Source: Malacoraja senta
Taxonomy: Eukaryota
Reading direction: 5' to 3'
Length of the DNA stretch: 64,000 nt
NCBI GenBank assembly: GCA_038087875.1
Contig: CM075995.1
Location: 3,474,001-3,538,000, forward strand
Below, piece by piece: positions 37,951 to 51,352 of the stretch. Made by a program: the position numbers and the translations under genes. How positions within the stretch are numbered: the first letter of the stretch is position 1; each line of letters starts with the position of its first letter. The notes beneath the pieces were generated by a model. That model worked only from the letters and a program-made list of their open reading frames with translations. It searched no databases and had not been told where the DNA came from.

Positions 37951-40859
37951 TCCTAGCTTCCCCTGGGAGAGAGGGGTCACTATTGTACTTTCTTTATTTG
38001 TTTGTGAAGAGCAACATGTTAATCTGTACCATGCTTCATTGTATTGCGCATTATTCACTCCTCCTGAGTCAACTGATGCAGTGTGAGAAGCCCGGATTCG
38101 TATCTATGGCATGAAATCACAGAGCTTTGAATTTTTCACGGAATCACTCATGTGACTCCGAAGTAAAATAGTAAGATTAAACGAGAACTTACCAGTTTGA
38201 AGTTTGATCTTTATTTTATGAGGAGTTACGATGAGCGATTACGTGCCCATCGCTCCCGGCCCTCAAGATTATAAAGGTCAACTGGAAGGGCTGTTTTATA
38301 TTCTTACTATGTTACTTCAGTTACGTTTTATCTGTGATTTCACACCGCTGCTTTGAAGATTGACGCGCATGCCGACTGACGGGGTTCTTCATGTAATCGC
38401 TCATCGAAACTCCTCATAAAATAAAGATCAAACTTCAAACTGGGTATGTTCTCGTTTAATCTTACTATTACTTCTTCGTAGTCTGAAGAAGGGTCTCGAC
38501 CCGAAACGTCACCCATTCCTTCTCTCCAGAGATGCTGCCTGTCCCACTGAGTTAATCCAGTATTTTGTGTCAATCTTATGATGACTTCTTCTTTGATTCT
38601 CAATGCCAGACCATTTGTAAGAATTCATTTTGAATTCACTGTTCTCCAGTTCGTTAACATTTTTAAGTTGAACTAGACAGACAAAGCCAATGTCCCTGGA
38701 AGAGTCCCAGTTCACCTTCAAACACACAGTAAAAGCTACAACTTTCAATTTAGGGGTATGAAGCAAAATGTGACTGTTATAGAGTTACACAGCACAAAAA
38801 AAAGCCCTTGGGCCAAACAAGTCCATGCCAGACATCAACCACACATCTTCACTAATCCTACACTAATTCCCGTTCTTCATTCCTCTCACATTCCTGTCAC
38901 CCCCTCCCCTCCCTCCACCCTTCTGCAGATTTTGTTATTCATCTACACGCGAGCAGCAACTTACCGTCACCAATTAACCCACTAAACCATATGTTTTGGA
39001 GATATGTGAAGAAACCAAAGAAGTAAGGGGAAATCCAAATGGTCATGTTCACGTCCACAGGTGATAGCAGAATTAGGCCATTCGGCCCATCAAGTCTACT
39101 CCACCATTCAATCATGGCTGATCTATCTCTCCTTCCTAACCCCATTTTCCGGCCTTCTTCCCCGAACCCATGGCACCTGTATTAATCAAGAATCTATCCA
39201 TCTCTGTCTTCAAAATATCCATTGACGGTCTCCACAGCCTTTTCTAACAGCCTCTGGTCCTAGACTATCGCACTAGTGGAAACATCCACTCCACATCCAC
39301 TCTATCCAGGCCTCACATAACACAAAAAATGACGGTATCGCTGATGGTAAGGAGGGTGGTCTTAGGCTACTGGGTAATATTGATGAAGTGGTAAAATCAT
39401 CAGAAAATGGCAAACGGTATTTAATCTGGGTAATGTGATGCACTTTGGAGTTCTAATAAAACACAATGGCCCTAAGGAGAAGGCAGGAATGGGGTACTGA
39501 TTGTGGATGATCAGCCATGATCACATTGAATGGCGGTGCTGGCTCAAAGGGCCGAATGGTCTACTCCTGCACCTATTGTCTATTGTCTATATGGACCTTG
39601 ATGTACAAGATCAAAGGTCCCTAAAGGTGGACATTTCGGGCCAAGACCGTTCATCAGACTGAATACTGCACACTGTATTCGGGTCTGAAGAAGGGTCTCA
39701 TCCCGAAACGTCACCCATTCCTTCTCTCCAGAGATGCTGCCTGTCCCGCTGAGATACTCCAGCATCTTGTGCCAGTCTTCAGTTTAAACCAGCATCTGCA
39801 AGTCCTTCCTACAAGTTTCAATAGGATGTTGGCAGGGATGGAGTGCATCAATTTTGAGGAGAAATGATTAGGCTGGGTTTATATTTCTTGGAGCAGAGAA
39901 AGCAGTGGGCGATTGAAGTGTCCAAAATGATTCAACATATAGATAGGACAGATAGGAAGAAACGTCTCCTCATAGCTGATGTCTCTATAATTAGAGGGCA
40001 AAAGTTTAAGATAAGGTGTAACAAGCTCAGAGTGGATCTGAGGAAGATTCTTTTTACTCAATTGGGAATTGGAATCTTAAGCCTATTGCCTGAGTGAATG
40101 GTGGAGGCAGAGATTTGCAATATTAAAGGGGAATTGATATAAGCCCTTGGATGGGTGGCACAGTGGTGCAGCGATAGAGTTACTGCCTTGCAGCGCCAGG
40201 GACTGGCCACAGGCGTGTGACTATGATCCTGACTACCGGTGCTTGTCTGTACGGAGTTTTACCTTCTCCCCGTGACCACGTGGGTTTTCTCCCAGTGCTC
40301 CGGTTTCCTCCCACACTCCAAAGACGTACAGGTTTAATTGGCTTTGGTGAAATTGTAAACTGTCCCTTGTACGTAGGATAGTGCTCATGTGTACGGGCTG
40401 ATCCCCTTCCGACGCGGACTCCATAGGCCGAAGGGCGTGTTTCCCTGCTGTTTCTCTAACGTCTAAAGTAAAGTCTAAATCATCAAATTGTAGAAGACCA
40501 GGGACTAAGTCCTCGTTGACACCTTCCCCGCAGCCAACAATGATGCATTCTACATTTTCCTTGACCTTCGTCCCCTTTGATCACTGATTGTCACACCTTA
40601 CTCTTCCATATCTCTATGTCTCCCTCTCCCCTGAATCTCAGTCTGAAGAAGGGTCTCGACCCGAAACATCACCCATTCCTTCTCTCCAGAGATGCTGCCC
40701 GTCCCACTGAGTTGCACCAGCATTTTGTGCTTATATTTGGTGCAAACCAGATGTCTGCAGTTCCTTCCTGACATTAGAATCGATGGATACCTGCTGGTCA
40801 ACAGTCACACGATGGACTGAAGGATCTGTTTCTGTGCCGTACTACCCAAGAGTCAGGAG

Positions 40860-41280
40860 CCGAGAGTGTTTTATTGTCATATGTCCCAGACAGAACAATT
40901 AAATTCTTACTTGCTGCAGGACAACAGAATATGTAAACATAGTACATAAACGAGAGAAAAAAAAGTTCAGTGTGTATATAATACGCACATAGTCAAAAAA
41001 CAAACAATTATAGTGCAATAATAATAATGGTTTGTTGTAGTTCAGTTTATTTGTTGTCCTGTTTAATAGCCTAATGGCTGAAGGGAAGATGCTTTTCCTG
41101 ATCCTGGACGGTACTGTTTTCAGGCTCCTGTACCTTCTTCCCAATGGCTGTGGTGAAATGAGTGCGTGGCCAGGATGGTGTGGGTCTCTGATGATGTTAG
41201 CTGCCTTTTTGAGGCAGCGACTCCGATAAATCCCTTTGATGGTGGGGAGGTCAGAGCCGGTGATGGACTGGGCAGTGTGA
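40860..41280 (-). mobile_element. Rex1/Babar-type LINE 3' fragment
   Basis: TAQSITGSDLPTIKGIYRSRCLKKAANIIRDPHHPGHAL...FPSAIRLLN is the typical Rex1/Babar ORF C-terminus. A similar plus-strand fragment lies at ~44360-44695. Confidence 0.8.
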
Positions 41281-42613
41281 ATATTCTTCCCTTCGCCCTT
41301 CACCATTCAGTAATCACGGGAGCTTAGACTCCCTGCAACAACATGGTACTCCAAACATGTGGTATGTGGGTGCAGTGAATTCCCAGCATCTGGCTTCGCT
41401 TTGACTTTCCCATCAGTCCGTACAAAGGCAGAATCAATATTTATCGTCTTTAAACCAATGGTCTATTAAAATGATGCCACAGGGAAATGTTGGCTTCCTC
41501 AAACTGCCTGCTTGCTAAGGCTGAAAAGCAAGAGTAATCTCCAATCATTCTTTGACCAAAACTTGGAATCCATGGCGGATTCCCCCAGCGGGGTTGTCAA
41601 ACAGCAGTCTCTTAGTTTGGAGCAGACTGCTATTAAAATATAGGTACTCTTCAATGTGCTGAATAAAATTACACCTTCAGTTTTCTGCCCTTGATGTGGG
41701 ATGTTAAAGTGAGGTGTTGTCTATTTACTCAGGTGAACATAAAAAGAGCCCAGCCTAGAAAATCTTCTGTGGCTTATTTTTTTACTTTAAAAATAACCGC
41801 AACAGTGCAGGTCAGATAAACGACAAGAAATCTGACCTATTGGCATCTGTGTTGTGTGTGTAAATCACTCGTTAAAGTGACAACCAAAGGTAGATTGCGC
41901 AAGTGATCATTTCTACATGGCATGCTGGCCTTCCATTGTGATAGGATTTGTATATAAGGATAAAGTAGAGAGATATCTGGATGTTAAATTATTCGAGGGA
42001 GACAGAGACAGGGTAGTAAGTCCCTGCTTGAGATGGAAGTTCAGCCATGGTCTTGTTGATTGCAAAAACAGACTCGAGGGACTGAATGATTCCCAGTTCT
42101 TATGTTCTTGTGACCTTGTGTTCTTGAGGAGTAATCCTGAATTTTACATAGTCATAGAGTGACACAGTGTGGAAACAGGCCATTCGGCTCAACTCGCCCA
42201 CATCAGCACAGTATCAGCACAGCTCACAGAGTTTGATTCAATTATTTTGAAATTAGTGTTATTTCTAGCCAGAATTTGTCATGGATTAGGCTTAAATGAG
42301 AATAATTTAATACACAGCTCCTCTCAAATATCATCTGAGCTTGTTTTCCCCTTACATGCTGAGTGAAGATGTTGACGGCAGAGCTGGTTAAGATTAAACA
42401 TCAGATTCAGGCAGGAGAATAGGGTTGAGAAGCGGGAGGGATAGATCAGCCATGATTGAATGGTGGAGTAGACGTGATGGGCCGAGTGGCCTAATTCTGC
42501 TCCTGTCACTTATGTGAAAAATGTCAATTAGATCCCAAATCAGAGGAATACACGTCAAAAATGTTCCGCCTAGATGTGTGAAATGGAAGGACTAGGAAGA
42601 GTTGGATGCTTAC

Positions 42614-42777
42614 AGGATTGGGCGAGATTGGAAGTCCTCCTGGTTCATCCTCTCCGACTGCCGGATCTTCAGGATCTCTGTGTAACTCAGGTTCTGTAGT
42701 TTGCTCTTGTACTGGTCCAGTGAGTTAGGCTTGCTGGTCAGCGCTCTCATTATCTGCTCCTTTACAACTTGCATCAC
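42614..42777 (-). CDS. ELMO1: Internal coding exon of engulfment and cell motility protein 1
   Basis: Translates [54 protein letters not shown](L), which I recognise as vertebrate ELMO1 and closer to ELMO1 than ELMO2. Canonical GTAAGC donor after 42614. Polypyrimidine tract upstream, but the acceptor dinucleotide is AC. Confidence 0.92.
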
Positions 42778-45734
42778 GTGAGGAGAAAGACAACAGAAAA
42801 ACCTCTTGAAACTTTTCACCAACCGAGCTACAGTTGACATCTTCCATATATAACCTATGAACTTATGAATTTATGACTCTAATCCACCAGGTGAACACAA
42901 CCAGCCCAAGAGCAGGGTACATCTACAGTCTAGATGTATCCTAGATGTATCCTAGATGAAGCGACCACTTGGCAAGTTTCCTGAGAAAAATTGGCAGACA
43001 AAGGTTGCTTTAAGTGGCTCAATAGCTTTGCACTCCCGATGCCCTCTGTGATAACCAACATCCCACAAGCAAGTAACCTCCTTGCCAATATACTGAATAG
43101 GCTCTTTGGTTATTTTTTTCCTACTGGGTCCCAGGGCTGAGTAAATATCCAAGTAGCTAGATATAAAGGCAAAGAGTCATTCAGTACGGAGACAGGCTCA
43201 GGAACATTGCAGGTGAATGTTCATAACTTCATAAGTTCTTGGAGCAGAATTAGGCCATTCGTCCCATCAAATCCATTCTCCTGCCTTCTCCCCATAACCC
43301 CTGACACCCATGATAATCAAGAATTTGTTAATCTCTGCCTTAAAAATATCCATTGACTTGGCACTGTCTGTGGCAATGAATTCCACAGATTCACCACCCT
43401 CTGACTAAAGAAATTTATCTTTGTCAAATACTCTGCACCATTTGCATATTATTATAGTTGCTACCTTTTCCACACTTTTCAGTAATTTCCCCATCACATT
43501 CACCCATACACACACTTGGGACAATTTTACATTTAACCTCCAAACCTGCACATCTTTGGAGTGTGGCAGGAAACCGAAGATCTCGGAGAATGCCCACACA
43601 GGTCACGGGGAGAACGTACAAACACTGTACAGACAAGCACCCGTAGTCAGGATCGAACCTGGTCTCTGGTGCTGCAAGACTGTAGCTCTACCTCTGCGCC
43701 ACCGTGCTGCCCTGGCGTGTATGGAAACAGGCCAGACATCTAGAAATTGTTGGGCAGTATGTAGTCAAAGGAGTTTGGCAATGTCTGTCACAGTGTGTTT
43801 ACCACCATAATAAATTCTCCCATGACAAATTAAGTGTTGCAAAAACACTACATCTGCAGGTACCATTTAAATTTGAATGTCCCCCTTTTCAATTAAGTGT
43901 TCATTGCATATTACAGTTTCGGTCAGAGACCATACACATTTGTAGACAAACTATTTCAATGCAATTGCTGCTATGCTGCAACCATAAAGGCGACGCTATA
44001 TTGCTGCGGTGTATTTATTGAACATCACCCGTATGTTTTTCATTTACTTTAATGGGAAAAAAATTGACAGGAGAAATTAAACGGTAATTGCTTAACCATT
44101 CTGGGATCAATATTCATGGAAAAACTCAGTTCCGAAAATGACCTCAGAGTCTGTTTTGCTGTGTTTCCTAAAATGTCATTATTCTGTTATTGGGAGCTAG
44201 AAGTCCATGCCGCAACACATAAACACACGAGCTCTGTAAAATTAGATAACTTGACATCCATGCCGGTTCTGCTGATAGCTGCTAGGTACTATCTTCGGTT
44301 CTATTACGCTCACAGCAAAGGAGATTTTCATCAGCAGACAGAATCTCGAGTTGCACCTTGACCACTCCCTCTTCTCCCCTCTCCTTCAGGCAAAAGGTAT
44401 AGAAGTGTGAAAATGCACACCACCAGATTCAAGGGCAGTTTCTTACCAGCTGTTATCAAGCAACTGAATCATCCTACCACAACCAGAGAGCAGCGCTGAA
44501 CTACTATCTACCTCATTGGTGACCCTCGGACTATCCTTGATCGGATATTGCTGGCTTTACCTTTCGTTATTCCCTTATCATGTATCTATACACTGTAAAT
44601 TGCTCGATTGTAATCATGTATTGTCTTTCTGCTGACTGGATAGCAACAGAAGCTTTTCACTGTACTTTGGTACATGTGACAATAAACTAAACTGAAAATC
44701 TTGTGGATACTTTTTGCAAACATTCAAGACAATAGGGTGCACAAGATGAATATCTACTTTGATCAGCTACTGGGTCAGGTATGTTTTCATTCATTATTTA
44801 AGAAAAAAATAATTAAGAGTCAAGAGTATTTTAGAGCCATAGATTCACACGGTGTGGAAACAGGCCCTTCGGTCCAACTTGCCCATGCCGACCATCATGC
44901 CCCACCTACACTAGTCCCACCTGTCTACGTTTGGCCCATATCTCTCTAAACCTATTCTATGCATGTACCTGCTTAAATCCTTCTTAAATGTTGTGATATT
45001 ATCTGTCTCAACTATCTCCTCCAGCAGCTCGTTCCATACACCCATCACCCCTGTGTAGAAAAGTTACCGCTTTTCTATTAAATCTTTCCCCCCTCATCTT
45101 AAACCTATGCCCTCTGGTTCTCAATTCCCCCACTCTGGGCAAGAGACTCAGTGCGTCTACCCGATCTATTCCTCCCATGATTTTGTACACCTCTATAAGA
45201 TCACCCTTCTTCCTCCTGCACTCCAAGAAATAAAGTCCTAGCCTGCTCAACCTCTCCCTGTAGCTCAGGCCCACGAGTCCTGGCAACATCCTGATCAATC
45301 TTCTCTGCACCCACTCTTGTCATATATCCCGAAATGGAACAGTGAAGTTCTTACTTGAAGAAGCAACATGATAATACACAAACAAAATGAAAATAAGTTC
45401 AATAAATACAAATAAAAAATATATAGTGCATGAACAAAACAAAGCCTAAAGTCCCAAGTGCAACCCAAACATAATTATCCTCAGATCTGAAAATGTTGGG
45501 TAATGGGGAAGAGAAAAATAGGAGTTAATGTTCACAAGATATTAAAATCTGACACCTCTAATCTATTAGGCTGCAAAAAATAAGATAATGCCAGCTTGTT
45601 TTGCCAATAATTTAAATGTTGAAAATAGCATTGTAATTATATATCTACATAGGACTATACATAATATTCTGTGTTTCAGTTTTGGCTCTTATTTATATCA
45701 GGAGGTTGTTAAGGCAATATAAAGAACACAGGGA

Positions 45735-46385
45735 CAATAGAGATAGACAATAGACAATAGGTGCAGAAGTGGGCCATTCGGCCCTTCGAGCCAGCACTGC
45801 CATTCAATGTGATCATGGCTGATCATCCACAATCAGTTCCTGCCTTGTCCCCATATCCCCTGACTCCGCTATCTCTAAGTGCTCTATCTAACTCTCTCTT
45901 GAAAGCATCCAGAGAACCACCCTCCACCGCAGAGAATTCTACACACTCACAACTCTCTGTGTGAAAAAGTTTTTCCTCATCTCCGTTCTAAATGGCTTAC
46001 CACTTATTCTTAAACAATGGCCCCAGGTTCTGAACTCCCCCAACATTGGGAACATGTTTCCTGCCTCTAGCATGCCCAAACCCTTAGTAATCTTATATGT
46101 TTCAATAAGATTCCCTCTCATTCTTCTAAATTCCAGTATACAAGCCCAGCTGCTCCAATCTATCAACATATGATAGGACCGCCATCCCAGGAATTAACCT
46201 CGTGAACCTACGCTGCACTCCCTCAATAGCAAGAATGTCCTTCCTCAAGTTTGGAGACAAAAACTGCACACAATACTCTAGGTGTGGTCTCACCAGGGCC
46301 CTGTACAACTGCAGGAGGACCTCTTTGCTCCTATACTCAAATCCTCTTGTTATGAAGGCCAACATGCCATTCGCTTTATTCACAT
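45735..46385 (-). mobile_element. CR1 LINE 3' fragment
   Basis: KANGMLAFITRGFEYRSKEV...RPHLEYCVQF, with a (CTATTGT)n tail. Confidence 0.88.
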
Positions 46386-46507
46386 AGAAAATCAAAGCAG
46401 GGGGGTTGCTTCTCAAAGCTCCTCTCCCTTCGATATGGTCCACTTTTCTGCCAGGTGAACTTGGCAGCTTACAACCCAGCGGTATGAATATTGGTTTCCC
46501 AAGCACC

Positions 46508-46941
46508 CTTCTCCGTGGACTGTCACCTTGTCATGGTGGAGAAGCTTGTGTGGACCTGAGATCCTGAGAGCGATGCCATCTGGAACTATGCTCCTGGTAG
46601 GGCCACCCATGGCGGTAAGGTCAAGGGGGAGGTCTCTGACAAAGAGCAATCCAACCAAGACCTCAACGGTGGAACAGGCGGAGGATGATGGCTGACCTTA
46701 GTGGAGCGTCACAATGGCTGGGAAGGCGGATGAAGTCTGCAGCAGAAAAGGGTATCCGGTCATCGTGGACTCCATGCCACTGGATCCTGACCCAGATCTG
46801 TCAAGGACCGTGAGGTGGCTGCTGTGCACCAGTCTCCCCAAGTTAAACAAAGTCACGCACAGGCGTCCTCCATATAGGGAATAGCACCCTGGAGACACCT
46901 GTGGTCAGCCACGACCGAAGGGAGCCTAAGGAGAAGAAGAA
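46508..46941 (+). mobile_element. Second copy of family D RTE-derived retroposon
   Basis: Colinear with 15670-16095 and has a (GAA)n tail. Ribozyme fold at 46508-46652 carries substitutions in L3 and P2. Confidence 0.8.
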
Positions 46942-49900
46942 GACCCATCAAGTAACCCTTGCTTTCCCTCATTCTCCGTCCGACCCCTATCCTAGTTCTC
47001 TGACTAGTTCTAGTGTCCTCCTGATTAAATATTACTGATTGTATGCTGCATTGCAACATCCCCTCAGCTAACAATGAACCATTTTACATTTGCTTATTAT
47101 TGTCCTTTCCATATCTTTTGTCTCCCTCTCCCCTCAGTTTGAAGAAGGACCTCGACCTGATATGCCAGAGATGCTGCCTGTCCAGAACAAGGGGTCACAG
47201 TTTAAGGATAAGGACCGAGATGAGAAAAACATTTTTCACACAGAGAGTGTGGAATCTGTGGAATTCTCTGCCACAGAAGGTAGTTGAGGCCAGTTCATTG
47301 GCTATATTTAAGAGGGAGTTAGATGTGGCCCTTGTGCTAAAGGGATCAGGGGGTATGGAGAGAAGGCAGGTACAGGATACTGAGTTGGATGATCAGCCAT
47401 GATCATATTGAATGGCGGTGCAGGCTCGAAGGGCCGAATGGCCTACTCCTGCACCTATTTTCCATGTTTCTATGTTTCTATGTCCCACTGAGTTACTCCA
47501 GCATTTCTTTGGTGTAAACCAGCATCTGCAGTTCCTTCCAACACAGGTTCCCATGAACCTTGACTTTCCTGTGAAGCAAAACTCTGGAAGCCTGGATTAT
47601 ATTCAATGACTGAGTCTCCATGGTGCTCTGATGTAAATAATTCCAAAGCTTCACAGACTGAGAGTTCACAACAGGCGGAGTAGATTTGATGGGCCGAATG
47701 GCCTAATTCTGCTCCTAGAACTTATGAACTGACGAGAGAGAGGAAAAAAAACCCCTCTAATTCCAGATTCCTCATGGAATATATTACGCAGGCATAGAGG
47801 TCTTAACTTCTACATTGATGTCCACTGACCCGTTAAGCTAAACAGCCTACTTCTATTTTTATATTTCTGTGTGATTCTTTAGTTAAAAATAACATTCTCA
47901 AATACCATGCCCTGCTCTGCACAAAGCAACACTGAATTTTAGTTACTGCAGCAATTACATACTTTAGTTTAGTTTGGTTTAGAGATGCAACGCGGAAACA
48001 GGCCCTTTGGCCCATCGAGATTGCACAGACCAGCGATCCCCGCGCACTAACACTATCCTACACACACTGGGGACAATTTACATTTATACCAGGCAAATTA
48101 ACCAACAAACCTGCACGTCTTTGGAGTGTGGGAGGAAACCAAAGATCTCAGAGAAAACCCACGCAGGTCACGGGGAGAACGTACAAACTCCATACAGGCA
48201 AGCACCCGTGGTCGGGATCAAACCCGGGTCTCTGGTGCTGTAAGGCAGCAACTCTACCACTGCGCCACCTGGTTTAAGCCCGTCTTCGGTTTAAATCAGC
48301 ATCTGCAGTTCCTTCCTATATCAACATAGTACTCTGTAAATACCGTAAACTTCATGCAGAAAAACACAGCAAATTGTTGAATTTATGTGATGGAGCCTGC
48401 AACAAGGGGCTAAAATAACCTTTTAAGTGCAATATTTACACAATTTACACAAAGCGACAAAGCATTGGAAGAAACGCTTTCGAAGACCTTTGCTATGTAA
48501 AGTTGACCATGTTAATGGCTGAGGTCAGCCCTGCATTGATTTTCTTTGTGTCACACCTCTACTCAGAAATTAATTAAGCCAGAAATTACTGCGTGGCTTA
48601 GAGTGGCTGCTTGAAATGTTAACACGTGAAGGTAAACAGGCTGAGGATTAGAAGTCAATTACCCTGACTGCCGAACTATTAAAGTGAGATGTTTGCAGGA
48701 AAATGGTTATGCCAGACATTGACACCCGACCTTATCACAAGCGATGGCTGACATTAAGTTGTAAAATTAAAGGGTTTCTGCGACATAAATCTGCATCGAT
48801 CTTCATTGCGATATACAGAGCATTTCCAGGCCACAGTTCAGAACACAGGGAGGAGTTTCTCTTTCCTTCTCAGTTGCGATCTCCTTCATCCTCCTTTCAT
48901 TTTGATACGCGTACGTTTCAGTTCCTTGTACCCTCCCATCAATGCTCATTTAGTTGGATACCCATGTTTTTTTATAGTCATAGAGTCATTCAGCCATCTA
49001 GAGTGAAACAGGCCCTTCGGCCCAACTTGCCCACACCGTCCAACGTGCCCCAACTGCGCTAGTCCCACCTGTCTGCGTTTGGCCCATATCCCTTAAACCT
49101 CCAGTCTGAAGAAAGGTCTCGACCTGAAACGTTACTTCCTTTTCTCCAGAGATGCTGTGTGCCTTGCCTCTAAACCTATTCTATCCATGTACCTATCTAA
49201 ACGTTTCTTAAATGTTGCAATAGTACTTGCCTCAACGACCTCCTCCGGCAGCTCATTCCATATACAAACCACCATTTGTGTAAAGTTTGCCCCTTGGGTT
49301 ACTATTAAATCCTTCCCCCCCTCACCTATAAGTATTTTCACTCCAGATTCCATTCTTGGGCCCTCCGTCATCTATCTCCAATAGTTCCTTTCTTACCTAT
49401 CTCTCTTTGAAAGTATTTCAGTCAGTCCCCTTTCCCAAACCAAAACATTCCTCCTATCTACACAATCCAATTATTCAACCATCTCCAAGCTCACAGTTTT
49501 CTGTATGAGTCTTATTTTGGCAGCTCTCCCAAGATAGTCAGTTTAGTCGGTTCAGTGAAGCCAATGATATATTGACCACCACCGCCAGCCCCTCCTCAGC
49601 CCACCCCCATACTTCTCCCATTTTGAGCTCCCCATGTCCTGATTGCCGCCCTGCCCACCAATGCCCATATCCAAACCCCCCCTTGATCATAATGGCTGGA
49701 TCTTCTGAGTCTTGCTATTGAGGGAGTGCAGCGTAGGTTCACGAGGTTAATTCCTGTATGGCGGGACTGTCATAAGTTGATAGAATGGAGAGGCTGGGCT
49801 TGTATACTCTGGAATTTAGGATGAGAGGGCATCTCATTGAAACATCTAAGATTATTAAGGGTTTGGACACGCTAGAGGCAAGAAACATGTTCCCGATGTT

Positions 49901-50516
49901 GGGGAAGTCCAGAACCAGGGGCCACAGTTTAAGTATAAGGGGTAAGCCATTTAGAACGGAGATGGGGAAAATCTTTTCACACAGAGGATTGTGAATCTGT
50001 GGAATTCTCTGCCTCAGAAGGCAGTGGAGGCCAATTCTCTGGATGCTTTCAAGAGGGAGTTAGATGGCGCTCTTAAAGATAATGGAATCAGTGGATATGG
50101 CGAGAAGGCAGGAACGGGGTACTGATTGTGGATGATCAGCCATGATCATATTGAATGGCGGTGCTGGCTTGAAGGGCCGAATGGCCTACTCCTGCACCTA
50201 TTGTCTATTGTCTATTGTCTATTGTCTATTTACTGGACCCCTCTTGCCTCACTATCAATGCCAATGATTCTCACCGGAACGAAAATAAATAATATATTTG
50301 ATTTTTAGAAGCAGGGAGAAAGAGATTCGAGTCAAGTGTCAAGAGGCAAGTCAAGAGTGTTTTATTGTTGTATGTCCCAAAACAGAACAATGAAATTCCC
50401 TACTTGCAGCAGCACAACCGATACAGAAGGGTCTCTACCTGAAACGCCACCCATTCTTTCTCTTCAGATATGCTGCCTGTCCCGCGGAGTTACTCCAGCA
50501 TTGTGTGTCTATCTTT

Positions 50517-51352
50517 GGATTGGATTGGATTCAATTTATTGTCATTGTCTCATAAGAGACAACGAAATGCAATTTTCCTTAGTCATAGAAATAAAAAAAA
50601 GCACAAAACACAGAAGACCACGACACAAACATCCCCACAGCGGCACCAAAGTTCCCCACTGTGAGGGAAGGAACCAAAATCCAGTCCACCTCCTCGCTGA
50701 TCTCCCCAGATGTTCACCCGTGGTCAGGGCCTCCCGAGCACCATGTAGTCACCGCCACGGGCGGCCCGATGTTCAGGCCCTCTCGCCGGGAATGACGGAA
50801 CCCCGACGTCGAACGGGAGAACATCCTCAGCGGCCCGGACCTCCAAATCGGCCACCTCCCACGGGGGTCCGCGGCTCCCGAAGTCCACAGGCCGAGCTGG
50901 GCGGAGACTCACGCTGGCGACCCCCGACAAAGGGTCCCAGGACTCCGCGATGTTGGTCAGCGCCGCCCGTGTTGGGAGCTCCGCGAACCACAGCTCCGCG
51001 ATGTCGATGCTGCAGGCCCAACACTCCGGAGCTTCAAACAGCGATCCCAGGTGAGGCATCGCCCGCTCTGCGATGTATCCAGCGCTGCGCCGCCGCTGCT
51101 GATGCTCTGGTCGGTCCCGGCAGGAAAGGCCTCGCCAATCCAGTAGGTAGGCCGCGGGGGCGGGGGGGGCCAGGATGCGACTCGAATAATAGTCGCATCC
51201 TCTCCAGGAAGCGACTGAAGGACGGTTTCCCCCTTACCGTACCCTCTTCCCCCCACATTTAAAAAAAACAAAACAAAAAACATACTTTAAACATTAAAAA
51301 AAAGAAAATGATACCAGACTGAAGGCGGAGGCAGCCATGACAGCGCCACCGG
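50517..51352 (-). mobile_element. GC-rich non-autonomous retroelement (related to 29773-30630)
   Basis: 5' GGTGGCGCTGTC, T-rich leader, CpG-rich body, 3' ACAATAAATTG(AATCC)n. It interrupts a Penelope-derived palindrome. Confidence 0.6.

Larger units (their letters stand above)
33759..38469 (+). mobile_element. DIRS1-type tyrosine-recombinase retrotransposon, full length, degenerate
   Basis: Inverted terminal repeats (~33790-33820 vs ~38361-38391). Internal complementary region (~38135-38245) is the reverse complement of the left end joined to the right end. Both termini share ATT. Internal order is gag, RT, RNase H, MT, YR. Confidence 0.95.

Noticed and set aside
42778..42840. N-terminal extension [21 protein letters not shown] of the 42610-42840 ORF
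   Set aside because: This is the intronic polypyrimidine tract read in frame. ELMO1 similarity starts at VMQVV.
42918..42958. Short tandem/inverted CTAGATGTATC repeats
   Set aside because: Small slippage duplication of about 2.5 units with no spacers. Not CRISPR-like and no evident function.
50336..51262. 308-aa Pro/Arg-rich ORF (and the overlapping ORFs at 29945-30523)
   Set aside because: Low-complexity translation of GC-rich repeat DNA. It crosses several repeat junctions and has no recognisable domain.
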